From the NCBI GenBank assembly GCA_963663235.2, contig CAXXNO010000006.1, positions 160,001 through 224,000 of the forward strand: DNA of 64,000 nt. Direction: 5' to 3'. Both the position numbers and the translations under genes were made by a program. Origin of the DNA: Dehalococcoidia bacterium (GTDB taxonomy: Bacteria > Chloroflexota > Dehalococcoidia > Bin125). The notes beneath the pieces are model-generated. The model saw nothing but the letters and a program-made list of their open reading frames with translations. It made no database searches and was not told the DNA's origin. This document shows, one piece after another, positions 10,426-20,726 of the stretch (within the stretch, counting starts at the first letter, position 1; every line of letters starts with the position of its first letter).

Positions 10426-12078
10426 ATGAGCGCCGCGGAATCCGCCGCAGGCCAAGCCGCCCAGGCCGCGGATCCCAACGAGATCCCCGCCGGGATGCTG
10501 TTGCCTCCGCGGCAGAAGGCGCTCGTGATGGTGGGCGTGATGCTGTCGCTGTTCCTGGCAGCGCTGGACTTCACGATCATGGGTGTGGCGATGCCGCGGG
10601 TCGTGGCGGACTTCGGGCGACTGGACCTATTCGCCTGGCCGATCACCGCGTACATGCTGGCGTCCACCGTGATCGTGCCGGTGGGGGGCAAGCTGTCCGA
10701 CGTCTACGGGCGGCGGCCGCTGTTGCTCATCGGCGTGCTGATCTTCCTGCTGGGATCGGTGTTGGCGGGCGCATCGACGAGCATGTTCCAGCTGATCGGA
10801 TTTCGCGCCGTGCAAGGGATCGGCGGGGGGCTGATCATGGCGAACGCGTTCACCGTGATCGGGGATCTGTTCGCTCCCCAGGAGCGGGGGCGCTGGACGG
10901 GGATCATCAGCGGGACGTTCGCCATCGCCAGCGTCGTGGGGCCGCTGCTGGGTGGCACCCTGACGGATCACCTCTCGTGGCGGTGGGTCTTCTTCATCAA
11001 CATCCCGTTCGGCCTGCTGGCGCTGGCGGTGGTGTACCGCTGGATGCCGTCGTTCCGGCGGGGCCGCGCGGAGGCGGTCGACTATCGAGGAGCGATCGCG
11101 CTCATGCTGGCGGTGGGGACGCTGCTGCTGGGGATCTCCTGGGCCGGAAACCAGTACCCGTGGACGGATGTGCACGTGATCCTGCCGCTGACGCTGGCGG
11201 CGGTGTTCGGAGTGACGTTCGTAGTGCTGGAGCGAGGAGCCGTGAACGCGGTGCTGCCGCTGGGGCTGTTCCGCAACCGCGTGTTCGCGGTGTCGGTGGG
11301 AGTGGGGGCGATCGTGGGCGTGGGGATGTTCGGGGCGATCCAGTTCCTGCCGCTGTTCGTGCAGGGAGCGCAGGGCGCCTCGGCGACGGCCTCGGGCACG
11401 GTAACGATGCCGATGATGGGCGGCGTGGTGATCGGGTCGATCACGACGGGGCAGCTGCTGAGCCGCTACGGGCGCTACCGGCTGCTCGCGCTCATTGGGG
11501 GCGCGGTCATGGTGTTGGGCGCGGGAGCGCTCTCGACGCTGGACGCGGACTCGTCGAAGTCGCTGACGCGCGGGTACATGGCGCTGCTAGGGCTGGGGAT
11601 CGGGACGGCGATGCCGCTGTACAACCTGGCGGTGCAGAACACCCTGTCCTACAGGCAGCTGGGGGTGGGGACGGCCTCGCTGCAGTTCTTCCGGCAGTTG
11701 GGCGGGACCATCGGCGTGGCGGTGTTCGGGTCGCTGTTGGCGTCGGGGTTTGCGCGGGAGTTGAGCAAAGCGTTTCCCGTCGGGTTCGATGATCTGAAGG
11801 AGCGGCCGCAGATCTTGCTGGAGCCGGAGTCGCTGGCGGCGTTCCGGGAATCGGTGGAGGTGGACGCGCCGGGGACATCGACGGTGGTGATCGAGACGGC
11901 GCGCGCGGCGCTGGCCTTCTCGATCACGGATCTGTTCTTCATCGCGGCCGTGGCGATGTTGATCGGGCTGGGGGTGGCGTTCTTCCTGCCGCGGATCCGG
12001 GAGCGGCGGCGGGAGGAGTTGCTGGCGGAGACGCCGGGCCCTCCGCCGCCGCTCGGCGGCATCGGAGGGCCCGGCTAG
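10426..12078 (+). CDS. DHA2-family MDR MFS efflux transporter
   Basis: [35 protein letters not shown]; about 14 TMs. Confidence 0.92.
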   Translation: MSAAESAAGQAAQAADPNEIPAGMLLPPRQKALVMVGVMLSLFLAALDFTIMGVAMPRVVADFGRLDLFAWPITAYMLASTVIVPVGGKLSDVYGRRPLLLIGVLIFLLGSVLAGASTSMFQLIGFRAVQGIGGGLIMANAFTVIGDLFAPQERGRWTGIISGTFAIASVVGPLLGGTLTDHLSWRWVFFINIPFGLLALAVVYRWMPSFRRGRAEAVDYRGAIALMLAVGTLLLGISWAGNQYPWTDVHVILPLTLAAVFGVTFVVLERGAVNAVLPLGLFRNRVFAVSVGVGAIVGVGMFGAIQFLPLFVQGAQGASATASGTVTMPMMGGVVIGSITTGQLLSRYGRYRLLALIGGAVMVLGAGALSTLDADSSKSLTRGYMALLGLGIGTAMPLYNLAVQNTLSYRQLGVGTASLQFFRQLGGTIGVAVFGSLLASGFARELSKAFPVGFDDLKERPQILLEPESLAAFRESVEVDAPGTSTVVIETARAALAFSITDLFFIAAVAMLIGLGVAFFLPRIRERRREELLAETPGPPPPLGGIGGPG

Positions 12079-12121
12079 CACGTCGCGCGAGGGCGCGTCG
12101 AGCCGACGGAGGCGCAAGAGC

Positions 12122-12451
12122 ATGGCTTACAGCGAGAAGCTCGCAGAGCGCGTTCACGCGATCCTGGACGACGAGCCGCGGCTGGTGGAGCGGAAGATGT
12201 TCGGCGGGATCGCGTTCATGCTGCGCGGGAATATGTGCTGCGGGGTGGTGGGCGAGGACCTGATGGTGCGCGTGGGGCCGGAGGGGTACGAGGCCGCCCT
12301 GGCGCGGCCACAGGCGCGGGAGATGGACTTCACCGGGCGGCCGATGCGGGGCATGGTGTACGTCGCCGCGGCGGGGCTGCAGAGCAAGCGGGCGCTCAAG
12401 AGCTGGGTGGATCGGGGAGCGGCGTACGCGCTGTCGTTGCCGGCGAAGTAG
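12122..12451 (+). CDS. TfoX/Sxy N-terminal domain protein
   Basis: ERKMFGGIAF, MDFTGRPMRG, SLPAK C-terminus. Confidence 0.85.
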   Translation: MAYSEKLAERVHAILDDEPRLVERKMFGGIAFMLRGNMCCGVVGEDLMVRVGPEGYEAALARPQAREMDFTGRPMRGMVYVAAAGLQSKRALKSWVDRGAAYALSLPAK

Positions 12452-12463
12452 GGGAGGGGGAGG

Positions 12464-12527
12464 CGCTCCGTTCGTGGTTCGACAGGCTCACCACGAACGG
12501 AGCGGTGCCTCTCGACGAACGGAGCGT
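12464..12527. repeat. REP-like palindromic element
   Basis: cgctCCGTTCGTGGttcgacaggctcaCCACGAACGGagcg hairpin; the 33-nt core (12468-12500) is identical to 55757-55789; a partial right arm repeats at about 12514-12527; lies between convergent genes. Confidence 0.85.
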
Positions 12528-12531
12528 GATT

Positions 12532-13980
12532 CTACGTGCGGACGTAGGGGAGGGTGGTGCGGCCCATGAGGAACTTGTCGATGCCGTGGGCGGCGGCGCG
12601 GCCCTCGGCGATGGCCCAGACGACGAGCGACTGACCGCGGGCCATGTCGCCGGCGGCGAAGACGCCGGGGCGGCTGGTCATCTTCATGCGGTCGACCTTG
12701 ACGTTGCCGCGCCCATCGAGTTCGAGGCCCAGCTGGCCCACGGGGCCATCGTGGTCGGGATGGAGGAAGCCCATCGCCAGGAGGACCAGGTCGCACTCGA
12801 CCGTGAATTCGGCCCCCGGCCGTGGCTCCATGGTCATGCGGCCGTTCTCGTCCGTGGCCCAATCCAGCCGCGCGGCGTGGAGCGCCTGCACGCGGCCATC
12901 GCCGCCGGAGAAGGCGGTGGTGGAGATCGCGTAGTCGCTCTCGCCGCCCTCCTCGTGGGCGGCGGAGGGGTGGAGGACGCGTGACCACTGGGGCCAGGGG
13001 TTGTCCTCGGCGCGATCGAGCGGCGGCTCCGGCAGCAACTCGAACTGCTGGACCGAGAGAGCGCCCTGCCGATGGGCCGTGCCGAGGCAGTCGGCGCCGG
13101 TATCGCCGCCGCCGAGGATGATCACGCGTTTGCCCTGGGCGGTGATGCTGGTCTCGGGGTCGACGCAGAGGCCCTCGCCGCGCAGGTTCTGCTGGGGGAG
13201 GTACTCCATGGCGAAGTAGACGCCGTCCAGGTCGCGGCCGGGGACGGGGAGGTCCCGTGAGACGGTGGAGCCGCCGCAGAGGCAGAGGGCGTCGTACTTG
13301 TCGAGGAGATCCTGGACGGGGAGGTTGTGGCCGACGTGGGCATCCGTCACGAACTGGATGCCTTCTTCGGCCATGATGTCGACGCGCCGCTGGACCAGGG
13401 GCTTGGGGAGCTTGAAGTCGGGGATGCCAAGGCGGAGCAGGCCGCCGATGAGCGGATCGCGCTCGTAGACCGTCACCCGGTGGCCGGCGCGATTGAGCTG
13501 CTGCGCGGCGGCCAAGCCGGCGGGGCCGGAGCCGACGACGGCCACCGACTTGCCGGTGCGCGACGAGGGCGGCTCGGGCTTGATCCAGCCCTCCGCGAAG
13601 CCGCGCTCGGAGATGGCCTTTTCGATGAACTCGATGGTGACGGGGTCATCGTTGATGGCGAGCGTGCAGGAAACCTCGCAGGGGGCGGGACAGATGCGGC
13701 CGGTGAACTCGGGGAAGTTGTTGGTGGCGAGGAGCCGGTGGAGCGCGTCTTCCCAGCGGCCGCGATAGACGAGATCGTTCCACTCCGGGATGAGGTTGCC
13801 CAGGGGGCAGCCCTGATGGCAGAAGGGCACGCCGCAGTCCATGCATCGAGCGCCCTGTTGCTGGACCTGCTCAAGGGGCCATTTCTCGTAGACCTCGAGG
13901 TAGTCGTGGATGCGGTCCTGTACGGGCCGCCTGGACGGGAGCCCCCGCTCGAACTCCATGAAGCCGGTGGTCTTGCCCAT
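12532..13980 (-). CDS. gltD: Glutamate synthase small subunit
   Basis: ARCMDCGVPFCH, NNFPEFTGRICPAPCE, GSGPAGLAAA, GGGDTGADC, GQSLVVWAIAEGR. Confidence 0.97.
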   Translation of the reverse strand: MGKTTGFMEFERGLPSRRPVQDRIHDYLEVYEKWPLEQVQQQGARCMDCGVPFCHQGCPLGNLIPEWNDLVYRGRWEDALHRLLATNNFPEFTGRICPAPCEVSCTLAINDDPVTIEFIEKAISERGFAEGWIKPEPPSSRTGKSVAVVGSGPAGLAAAQQLNRAGHRVTVYERDPLIGGLLRLGIPDFKLPKPLVQRRVDIMAEEGIQFVTDAHVGHNLPVQDLLDKYDALCLCGGSTVSRDLPVPGRDLDGVYFAMEYLPQQNLRGEGLCVDPETSITAQGKRVIILGGGDTGADCLGTAHRQGALSVQQFELLPEPPLDRAEDNPWPQWSRVLHPSAAHEEGGESDYAISTTAFSGGDGRVQALHAARLDWATDENGRMTMEPRPGAEFTVECDLVLLAMGFLHPDHDGPVGQLGLELDGRGNVKVDRMKMTSRPGVFAAGDMARGQSLVVWAIAEGRAAAHGIDKFLMGRTTLPYVRT

Positions 13981-13982
13981 CG

Positions 13983-16900
13983 TCAGGCGGAGGCCGCCGT
14001 CTGTTCCCGGCGAGTGGCGCGCTCCTGGAGCACGCGGCGGTAGTCGCGCGGGAAGACCTTGACGAACTTGGGGCGCAGCGTGTCCCAGCGATCGAGGAGG
14101 CCTTGGGCGTAGCGGCTGCCGGTGTAGCGGACGTGGGTCGCGACCATGTCGCGGAGGATCTCGCGGTCCTCCGGCTCCGCGACCGACTCCAGGGCCACCA
14201 TGTCCAGATTGCAGCGGAGGCGGAAGTCACCGGCCTCATCGAGGACGTAGGCGATGCCGCCGCTCATGCCGGCGGCGAAGTTGCGGCCGGTTGGGCCGAG
14301 GACGACCACGAAGCCGGCGGTCATGTACTCGCAGCCGTGGTCGCCCACACCCTCCACCACCGCGCGTGCGCCGCTGTTGCGGACGGCGAAGCGCTCTCCG
14401 GCGAGGCCGTGGACGTAGATCTCGCCGTCGGTTGCGCCATAGAGCGCGACGTTGCCGATGACGATGTTTTCCTGCGGCACGAAGGTGGCCTCGCGGGGCG
14501 GGGTCACGACGATGCGGCCGCCGGAGAGGCCCTTGGCGATGTAGTCATTGGAATCGCCCTCAAGGTTGAAGACGACCCCGCGGGCGAGCCAAGCGCCGAA
14601 GGACTGGCCAGCGGAGCCACGGAAGTTGACCTGAATCGTGTCGGGCGGGAGGCCCTCCTCGCCGTAGCGCTTGGAGATCTCCGAGCTGAGGATGCCGCCC
14701 ACAGCGCGGTTGTGGTTGCGGATGGGGATATCAAACGTGACGGGGCGCTTCTCATCGATGGCGAGGCGCGCTTGTGCGACGAGTTGGTGGTCCAGAGCCT
14801 TGTCCAAGCCGTGATCCTGGGGCTCACAGCAGTAGGTGGCGACATCGGGCAGAACGTCGGGTCGGTGCAGGAGAGCCGAGAAGTCCAGGCCCGCGCCTTT
14901 CCAGTGGTCGATCGCCTGGCGCGGCTCGAGCCGGTCCACGCGGCCCACCATCTCGTTGACAGTGCGGAAGCCGAGCGCGGCCATGATGGAGCGGAAGTGG
15001 TCAGCGACGAAGAGCATGTAGTTGATCACGTACTCCGGCTTGCCGGCAAAGCGGCGGCGGAGCTCGGGGTCCTGCGTCGCGATGCCGACCGAACAAGCGT
15101 TGAGATGGCACTTGCGCAGCATGATGCAGCCGAGCGTGACGAGCGGAAGGGTGGCGAAGCCGAACTCCTCCGCGCCCAGCAGACAGGCGATGGCGACATC
15201 GCGGCCGGTCTTGAGCTGGCCGTCGGTCTGCACCACGATGCGGCCGCGGAGCCCGTTCATCACGAGGACCTGCTGAGTCTCCGCGACGCCCAACTCCCAG
15301 GGCAGCCCCCCGTGCTTGATGGAGGTCTGCGGCGAAGCGCCGGTGCCACCGGAATCGCCGCTGATCAGGACCACATCGCCGTGGCCCTTGGAGACGCCGG
15401 CGGCGATGGTGCCAACGCCGACCTCGGAGACGAGCTTGACGTGGATGCGCGCGTCGGGGTTGCTGTTCTTGAGGTCGTGGATCAGCTCGGCCAGGTCTTC
15501 GATGGAGTAGATGTCGTGGTGGGGCGGCGGCGAGATCAGCTCGACCCCGGGCATGGAGTGCCGGACGCGGGCGATGGTTTCGTCGACCTTGTAGCCGGGG
15601 AGCTGGCCCCCTTCTCCAGGCTTTGCGCCCTGGGCCATCTTGATCTGGAGGTCGGTTGCGTTGATCAGGTAGTTGCTGTTGACGCCGAAGCGGCCGGAGG
15701 CGACCTGCTTAACGGCGCTCTTGCGGGAATCGCCGTTGGGGTCCAGGACGTAGCGGGCGGGATCCTCGCCGCCCTCGCCGGTGTTGCTCTTGGCACCGAT
15801 GCGGTTCATGGCGATGGCGAGCGTCTCGTGCGCCTCTTTGCTGATGGAGCCGAAGGAAGCGGCGCCGGTGGCGAAGCGCTTGACGATCTCGGAGGCGGGC
15901 TCCACCTCATCGATGGAGAGCGGGCGGGCGGCCTGCTTGAACTCCAGCAGGCCGCGGATGGTGGCGAGCTGTTCCGCGTCGCGGTCGACCATCTCAGCGA
16001 ACTGGAGGTAGAGGTCGTAGCGGTTGCGCTGAGCGGCCTCCTGGATCTTGGCGATGGCGTCCGGATGGAGCATGTGGTGCTCGCCATCGCGCCGCCAGTG
16101 ATAGACGCCGCCCGCGTGGAGATCGAGCGCCTCGGAGATGGCGCGCTCCGGGTAGGCGTGGTCGTGGCGGGCGAGGGCCTCTGTCTCGATCACATCGAGG
16201 CCGATGCCGCCGACGCGGGTGGGCGTCTTGGTGAAGTATTCGTCGACGAGTTCCTGGCCGAGCCCGACGGCCTCGAAGATCTGCGCGCCGCGGTAGCAGG
16301 AGACCGTGGAGATGCCCATCTTGGACATGACCTTGACGATGCCCTTGTCCACGGCAGCGATGTAGCGCCCCTCGGTGATGGCTTGGTCCACGTCGTCGGG
16401 GAGGGCGCCTTGGAGGCGGAGGTCCGCGAGGGTCTCCAAGGCGAGGTAAGGGTTGACGGCTCCCGCGCCGTAGCCGATCAACAGGGCGAAGTGATGCACC
16501 TCGCGCGGCTCGCCGGACTCCATGATCAGATCCACGCTGGTGCGACGTCCTTCGCGGATCAGGTGGTGATGGACGGCGGAGAGCGCGAGGAGGCTGGGGA
16601 TGGGGGCATGGGTGGCGTCGATGCCGCGGTCGGAGAGCACGAGGAGGGTGTAGCCCTGGTCCACGGCGGCGGAGGCGGAGGCGCGGAGGGCGTCCAAGGC
16701 GATCTTGAGCGCGCCGGGGCCGGCCTTGGCATCGAAGAGGGTGGGCAAAGTGGCGCAGCGCAGGCCGGGGTGATCCATCTCCTTGATCTGGGCCAGCTGC
16801 GCGTTGGTGATCACCGGCTGCTTGATCTTGAGCTGTCGGCAATGCTCCGGCGTCTCGTCGAAGAGGTTGCGGCGCGCGCCCAGCAGCGTCTCTGTGGACG

Positions 16901-18527
16901 TGACTAACTTCTCCCACTGGGCGTCGAGGGGGGGGTTGCTGACCTGGGCGAAGAGTTGCTTGAAGTAGTTGAAGAGGGACTGCGGCTGGTCCGAGAGCAC
17001 GGCCAGCGGCGTGTCGTTGCCCATAGAGCCGACGGGCTCCTTGGCGTTGAGCGCCATGGCCGTCACGATCATCGCCAGCTCTTCGCTGGTGTAGCCTTGG
17101 GCGCGCTGGCGTTCGCGGAGGGTGGTCAGGTCAGCGGAGGGGATGGAGGCGGGCGGCGGCAGATCGTCGATGTGGAGGCGGTGCTGCCGCAACCAATCGC
17201 CGTAGGGCCGGCGCACGCTGAGGTCCGGCTTGAGCTCATCGTCCGGGACGATGCGGCCCTGATCCATGTCGATGAGGAAGACGCGGCCGGGCCGGACGCG
17301 GGACTTGAGCAGGATGCGGTCCGGGGGGATATCGAGGACGCCGGTCTCGGAGCCCATGACGACGAGGCCGTCCTTGGTGACCAGATAGCGCAAGGGGCGG
17401 AGGCCGTTGCGGTCCAGCACGACGGCGATCTGGTGGCCGTCGGTGGCGGCGATCATGGCGGGGCCGTCCCAGGGCTCCATGAGGGCGGCGTGGTAGTCGT
17501 AGAAGTCGCGGGTCTCCTGCGACATCGACGCGTGGTTCTCGAAGGCCTCCGGGATCATCATCATCAAGCAGTGCGGCAGGGGCCGTCCGGTGTGGAGGAG
17601 CAGTTCGAGGGTGTTATCGAAGGAGGCGGTATCGCTCTGGCCGGGCTGGGCGATCACGGGGAAGAGCGATTGCATTTCCTCGTCGGTGAAGCGGGGCGAG
17701 CGGAGATCCGTCTGTCGCGCGGTCATCCAGTTGATGTTGCCGCGGAGGGTGTTGATCTCGCCGTTGTGTGCGACAAAGCGGTAGGGGTGCGCCAGCCGCC
17801 AGGAGCCGAGCGTGTTGGTGCTGAAGCGCGAATGGACGATGGCGAAGGCGCTGACGACGTCGGGCTCGTGCAGGTCTTGGTAGAACGGCTCGACCTGGGT
17901 GCTGATCAGCAACCCTTTGTAGATCACGCGGTCCGTGAACATGCTGGGGATGTAGAAGTCCTCGGCGTTCTCGATGCCGGCGTCGTCGACGGCGTTCTCG
18001 ATGGAGCGTCGGGCGACGTAGAGTAGGCGGTTGAGATCTGCGCCGTCCGCCAGCTGCGGCCCCGCGCCGATGAAGAGATGCTCGATGCGGGGCATCACGC
18101 TGCGGGCGCCTGCGCCGATGGCATCGGGGTCGATAGGCACCCGGCGCCAGGCGAGGCAAGTGAGGCCGCGCGCGCGGACCTCGCGCTCGACGATGGCGCG
18201 GCAAGCATCGCGCTCCTCGGGATCCTGGGGAAAGAAGACGACGGCGAGGCCGTAGCGGCCGAGCGGGGGCAAGGAGAAGCCGAGCCGCTCCGCCTCGGCG
18301 CGAAAGAAGGCGTCCGGCATCTGGATGAGGACGCCGGCGCCGTCGCCGGTCTCGGGGTCCGAGCCGAGAGCGCCCCGATGTTCGAGGTTCTCGACGATCT
18401 CGATGGCCTGCTGGATGATGCGGTGCGTTTTTCTGCCGCTTAGGTTTGCCACGACGCCGACGCCGCAGGCGTCGTGCTCGAAGGCGGGGTCGTAGAGGCC
18501 CTGCTTAACGAGTCGTCTTGGCGTCAT
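13983..18527 (-). CDS. gltB: Glutamate synthase large subunit
   Basis: HDACGVG, HSRFSTNT, EPWDGP, KMAQGAKPGEGGQLPG, CIMLRKCHLNAC. Confidence 0.98.
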   Translation of the reverse strand: MTPRRLVKQGLYDPAFEHDACGVGVVANLSGRKTHRIIQQAIEIVENLEHRGALGSDPETGDGAGVLIQMPDAFFRAEAERLGFSLPPLGRYGLAVVFFPQDPEERDACRAIVEREVRARGLTCLAWRRVPIDPDAIGAGARSVMPRIEHLFIGAGPQLADGADLNRLLYVARRSIENAVDDAGIENAEDFYIPSMFTDRVIYKGLLISTQVEPFYQDLHEPDVVSAFAIVHSRFSTNTLGSWRLAHPYRFVAHNGEINTLRGNINWMTARQTDLRSPRFTDEEMQSLFPVIAQPGQSDTASFDNTLELLLHTGRPLPHCLMMMIPEAFENHASMSQETRDFYDYHAALMEPWDGPAMIAATDGHQIAVVLDRNGLRPLRYLVTKDGLVVMGSETGVLDIPPDRILLKSRVRPGRVFLIDMDQGRIVPDDELKPDLSVRRPYGDWLRQHRLHIDDLPPPASIPSADLTTLRERQRAQGYTSEELAMIVTAMALNAKEPVGSMGNDTPLAVLSDQPQSLFNYFKQLFAQVSNPPLDAQWEKLVTSTETLLGARRNLFDETPEHCRQLKIKQPVITNAQLAQIKEMDHPGLRCATLPTLFDAKAGPGALKIALDALRASASAAVDQGYTLLVLSDRGIDATHAPIPSLLALSAVHHHLIREGRRTSVDLIMESGEPREVHHFALLIGYGAGAVNPYLALETLADLRLQGALPDDVDQAITEGRYIAAVDKGIVKVMSKMGISTVSCYRGAQIFEAVGLGQELVDEYFTKTPTRVGGIGLDVIETEALARHDHAYPERAISEALDLHAGGVYHWRRDGEHHMLHPDAIAKIQEAAQRNRYDLYLQFAEMVDRDAEQLATIRGLLEFKQAARPLSIDEVEPASEIVKRFATGAASFGSISKEAHETLAIAMNRIGAKSNTGEGGEDPARYVLDPNGDSRKSAVKQVASGRFGVNSNYLINATDLQIKMAQGAKPGEGGQLPGYKVDETIARVRHSMPGVELISPPPHHDIYSIEDLAELIHDLKNSNPDARIHVKLVSEVGVGTIAAGVSKGHGDVVLISGDSGGTGASPQTSIKHGGLPWELGVAETQQVLVMNGLRGRIVVQTDGQLKTGRDVAIACLLGAEEFGFATLPLVTLGCIMLRKCHLNACSVGIATQDPELRRRFAGKPEYVINYMLFVADHFRSIMAALGFRTVNEMVGRVDRLEPRQAIDHWKGAGLDFSALLHRPDVLPDVATYCCEPQDHGLDKALDHQLVAQARLAIDEKRPVTFDIPIRNHNRAVGGILSSEISKRYGEEGLPPDTIQVNFRGSAGQSFGAWLARGVVFNLEGDSNDYIAKGLSGGRIVVTPPREATFVPQENIVIGNVALYGATDGEIYVHGLAGERFAVRNSGARAVVEGVGDHGCEYMTAGFVVVLGPTGRNFAAGMSGGIAYVLDEAGDFRLRCNLDMVALESVAEPEDREILRDMVATHVRYTGSRYAQGLLDRWDTLRPKFVKVFPRDYRRVLQERATRREQTAASA

Positions 18528-18660
18528 CGCCCCACCCCACTACGCAGCGTGCTAGTGCGATCTTGCGGAGGCGCATCCGGCCCCGGCACGCAGCAACCAG
18601 CCCGGATACCTGCTCCCGATCCGAAACGGCGAAAGCCGCTGCGCCCGCAGCGGTTGCGGG

Positions 18661-18700
18661 AGCATAGCAGCGACCGTCGGAATGTGTGAAGATTTTCTCA
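18661..18700 (-). promoter_or_regulatory. Putative gltBD promoter (TTCACA-N18-TATGCT) overlapped by a TGTGA-N6-TCTCA Crp/Rex-like site
   Basis: AT-rich island; tgtgaagattttctca at 18685-18700; agcata at 18661-18666 is TATGCT on the minus strand. Confidence 0.4.
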
Positions 18701-18800
18701 TACTACTGCTGTTAGTGTCGAGGGGCCTATAGAAAGCCTCTATAACACACGATCCGGCACACCGCCAAGGAGGGGCGGGCCCCGCGGGCAGCGAGCGGAG

Positions 18801-18860
18801 GGGCCTCTGTAGGGCCTCTGTAGGGCCTCTGTAGGGCCTCTGTAGGGCCTCTGTAGGGCC
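18801..18860. repeat. 11-bp tandem repeat (GGGCCTCTGTA) x5.5
   Basis: Five perfect copies plus a partial copy, immediately after the aminotransferase stop codon. Confidence 0.95.
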
Positions 18861-18862
18861 CT

Positions 18863-20224
18863 CTACAAGATCTGGGCGGCGCGGAGATCGGCGAGGGCAC
18901 CCTCGAAGGCGTCGACGGTGGCGTCGATGTCGGTGTCGGTGTGGACGCAGGAAACGAGCGCGCCCATGCCGATCAAGTCGACGCCGCGGTTGAGGAGGCT
19001 TCGCCGGAACGGCCAGACGACCGCGGCGGGCGTGGTGGGGACCGTGGCCTGCGGGGCAGCGCCGTCCCAATTCCAGGTGAAGTCATCGATGGGTGGGGGG
19101 ACATCGCGGCCGAGGACGATATGCAGCATGGAGGCGTCGCCGTAGACGGCACCCGGCACCTCAGCGCGCCGGATGGCGGCGTTGAGATCGCCTGCCAAGC
19201 GACGGGCGCGCTCGTTGGCGATGCGGACCGGCTCGCCGGTGGCGACCTCGGCCAGAGTGGCGACGCCGGCCGCGGCGCTCAGGGGGTTGGCGTTGAAGGT
19301 GCCGGGATGGCTGACGCGGCCGGTATTACGCTCGTCGCCTTCGCGGATGGCGATCTGGTCGATGAGGTCGGCGCGCCCGACCACGGCCCCGCCGGGCAGA
19401 CCGCCGGCCAGGACCTTGGCGAGGGTCGTGAGGTCGGGCGTGATTCCGAGACGCTCCTGGAAGCCGCCCGAGGAGGCGCGGAAGCCGGTCACTACCTCGT
19501 CGAAGATGAGAATCGTGCCGGTGGCGCGGGTGCGCTCGCGCATGAGCTCCAGAACAGACGGGTCCAAGGGCCCGCCGCCAAAGTGGTAGCCCCCGGGCTC
19601 ACAGATGGCGGCGGCGATGGTACCGGTGTCGAGGGCGGCGGCGATGGCGTCGGTGTCGTTTTGGTCGACGGTGGTCACGGTGGCCTGCCACTCGGGCGGG
19701 AGGCCAGCGGTGCTGAGCAGCCCCGCGGACATCCGCGCACCGCCCGCCGTGACGCTGTCGTTCCAGCCGTGGAAGTGGTGGCGGAGCTTGAGCAAGCCGG
19801 TGCGGCCGGTGGCGGCGCGGGCCAAGCGGACGGCCATCATGGTGGCCTCGGTTCCCGAGGCCGTGAAGCGGACTCGCTCCGCGCTGGGAAACAAGGCCTG
19901 GACGGCCCGTGCCCAGCGAATCTCCAGATCGTGTGATGCGCCGTAGTGGGTGCCGCGCTCCACCTGGCGCTGCACGGCCTGTACCAACGAGGGGTGCGCG
20001 TGGCCCAGCAGCAGCGCCCCGTGGCCCATCACGTAGTCGATGATCTCATTGCCGTCGGCGTCCCACTTGCGCGCGCCGGCGGCGCGGTCGATGTAGGGCC
20101 CGAAGGGAGGGAAGTAGCGGACGTCATGGGTGACGCCGCCGGGGAAAAAGGTCTCCGCCTCCTCGTGCAGCTCGGCGGAGCGCGGGTGCAGGGCGGTGTA
20201 GCGATCATCGATCGTCGAGGTCAT
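18863..20224 (-). CDS. Class III PLP aminotransferase (GSA-aminomutase-like)
   Basis: DGNEIIDYVMGHGALLLGH, SGTEA, FHGW, FDEVVTGFR, TLAKVLAGG, GTFNANP. Confidence 0.9.
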   Translation of the reverse strand: MTSTIDDRYTALHPRSAELHEEAETFFPGGVTHDVRYFPPFGPYIDRAAGARKWDADGNEIIDYVMGHGALLLGHAHPSLVQAVQRQVERGTHYGASHDLEIRWARAVQALFPSAERVRFTASGTEATMMAVRLARAATGRTGLLKLRHHFHGWNDSVTAGGARMSAGLLSTAGLPPEWQATVTTVDQNDTDAIAAALDTGTIAAAICEPGGYHFGGGPLDPSVLELMRERTRATGTILIFDEVVTGFRASSGGFQERLGITPDLTTLAKVLAGGLPGGAVVGRADLIDQIAIREGDERNTGRVSHPGTFNANPLSAAAGVATLAEVATGEPVRIANERARRLAGDLNAAIRRAEVPGAVYGDASMLHIVLGRDVPPPIDDFTWNWDGAAPQATVPTTPAAVVWPFRRSLLNRGVDLIGMGALVSCVHTDTDIDATVDAFEGALADLRAAQIL

Positions 20225-20369
20225 GGGGCCACCTTTCCGCAGGACCGCAGGCGCCGCGGCTCATGGATCGCGTCAAGCCTAGCGGCTGGCGCGGTCCCCC
20301 ACACGGCCGAAACCCCAGCGAAAGCGGCGGGGTCCGGCGGGGGCGCCAAGCGCGGCGAAACAGGCGGGC

Positions 20370-20584
20370 TCAGGCGGCGTAGGACATCACCCGCTCCCAG
20401 GGACCGAACAGGGCGAAGCCGCCGCAGCGCCCGCAGACCAGCCCCCCCGGCGGGTCTGCGCCACCGGAGCGGCGCTGGGCCGGTCGGGCGCGGGAAGCAG
20501 CCGGGTGTGGCCGTCCTTGCGCTGGACGCTTCCCAAGTTGCGTCCACAAGACAGGCAGGTGATCTCGGCGACCTCAGCGGGCAT
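20370..20584 (-). pseudogene. Small C4 Zn-ribbon protein interrupted by a frameshift in a G7 run
   Basis: First frame MPAEVAEITCLSCGR...QTRRG; second frame LVCGRCGGFALFGPWERVMSYAA*; adding one G at 20442-20448 gives a 71-aa ORF; GGAGGGAGG RBS. Confidence 0.7.
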
Positions 20585-20726
20585 CGTCGCCCTCCCTCCG
20601 CGCATGCCGATCACGCCATAGGGCGATTCTTCACGGGTCGCTTAATCTACGCATCAGGTGCGGACCCGGTTTCGCGGCCGGGAAGCGCCGATCCGGCGGC
20701 CGGTGGGACCGTAGGGGGAAGGGTTT

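Noticed and set aside
14103-16907. 934-aa plus-strand ORF
   Set aside because: Antisense shadow of gltB, typical of high-GC DNA, with no motifs.
18863-20224. hemL
   Set aside because: Only family-level similarity and no tetrapyrrole gene context.
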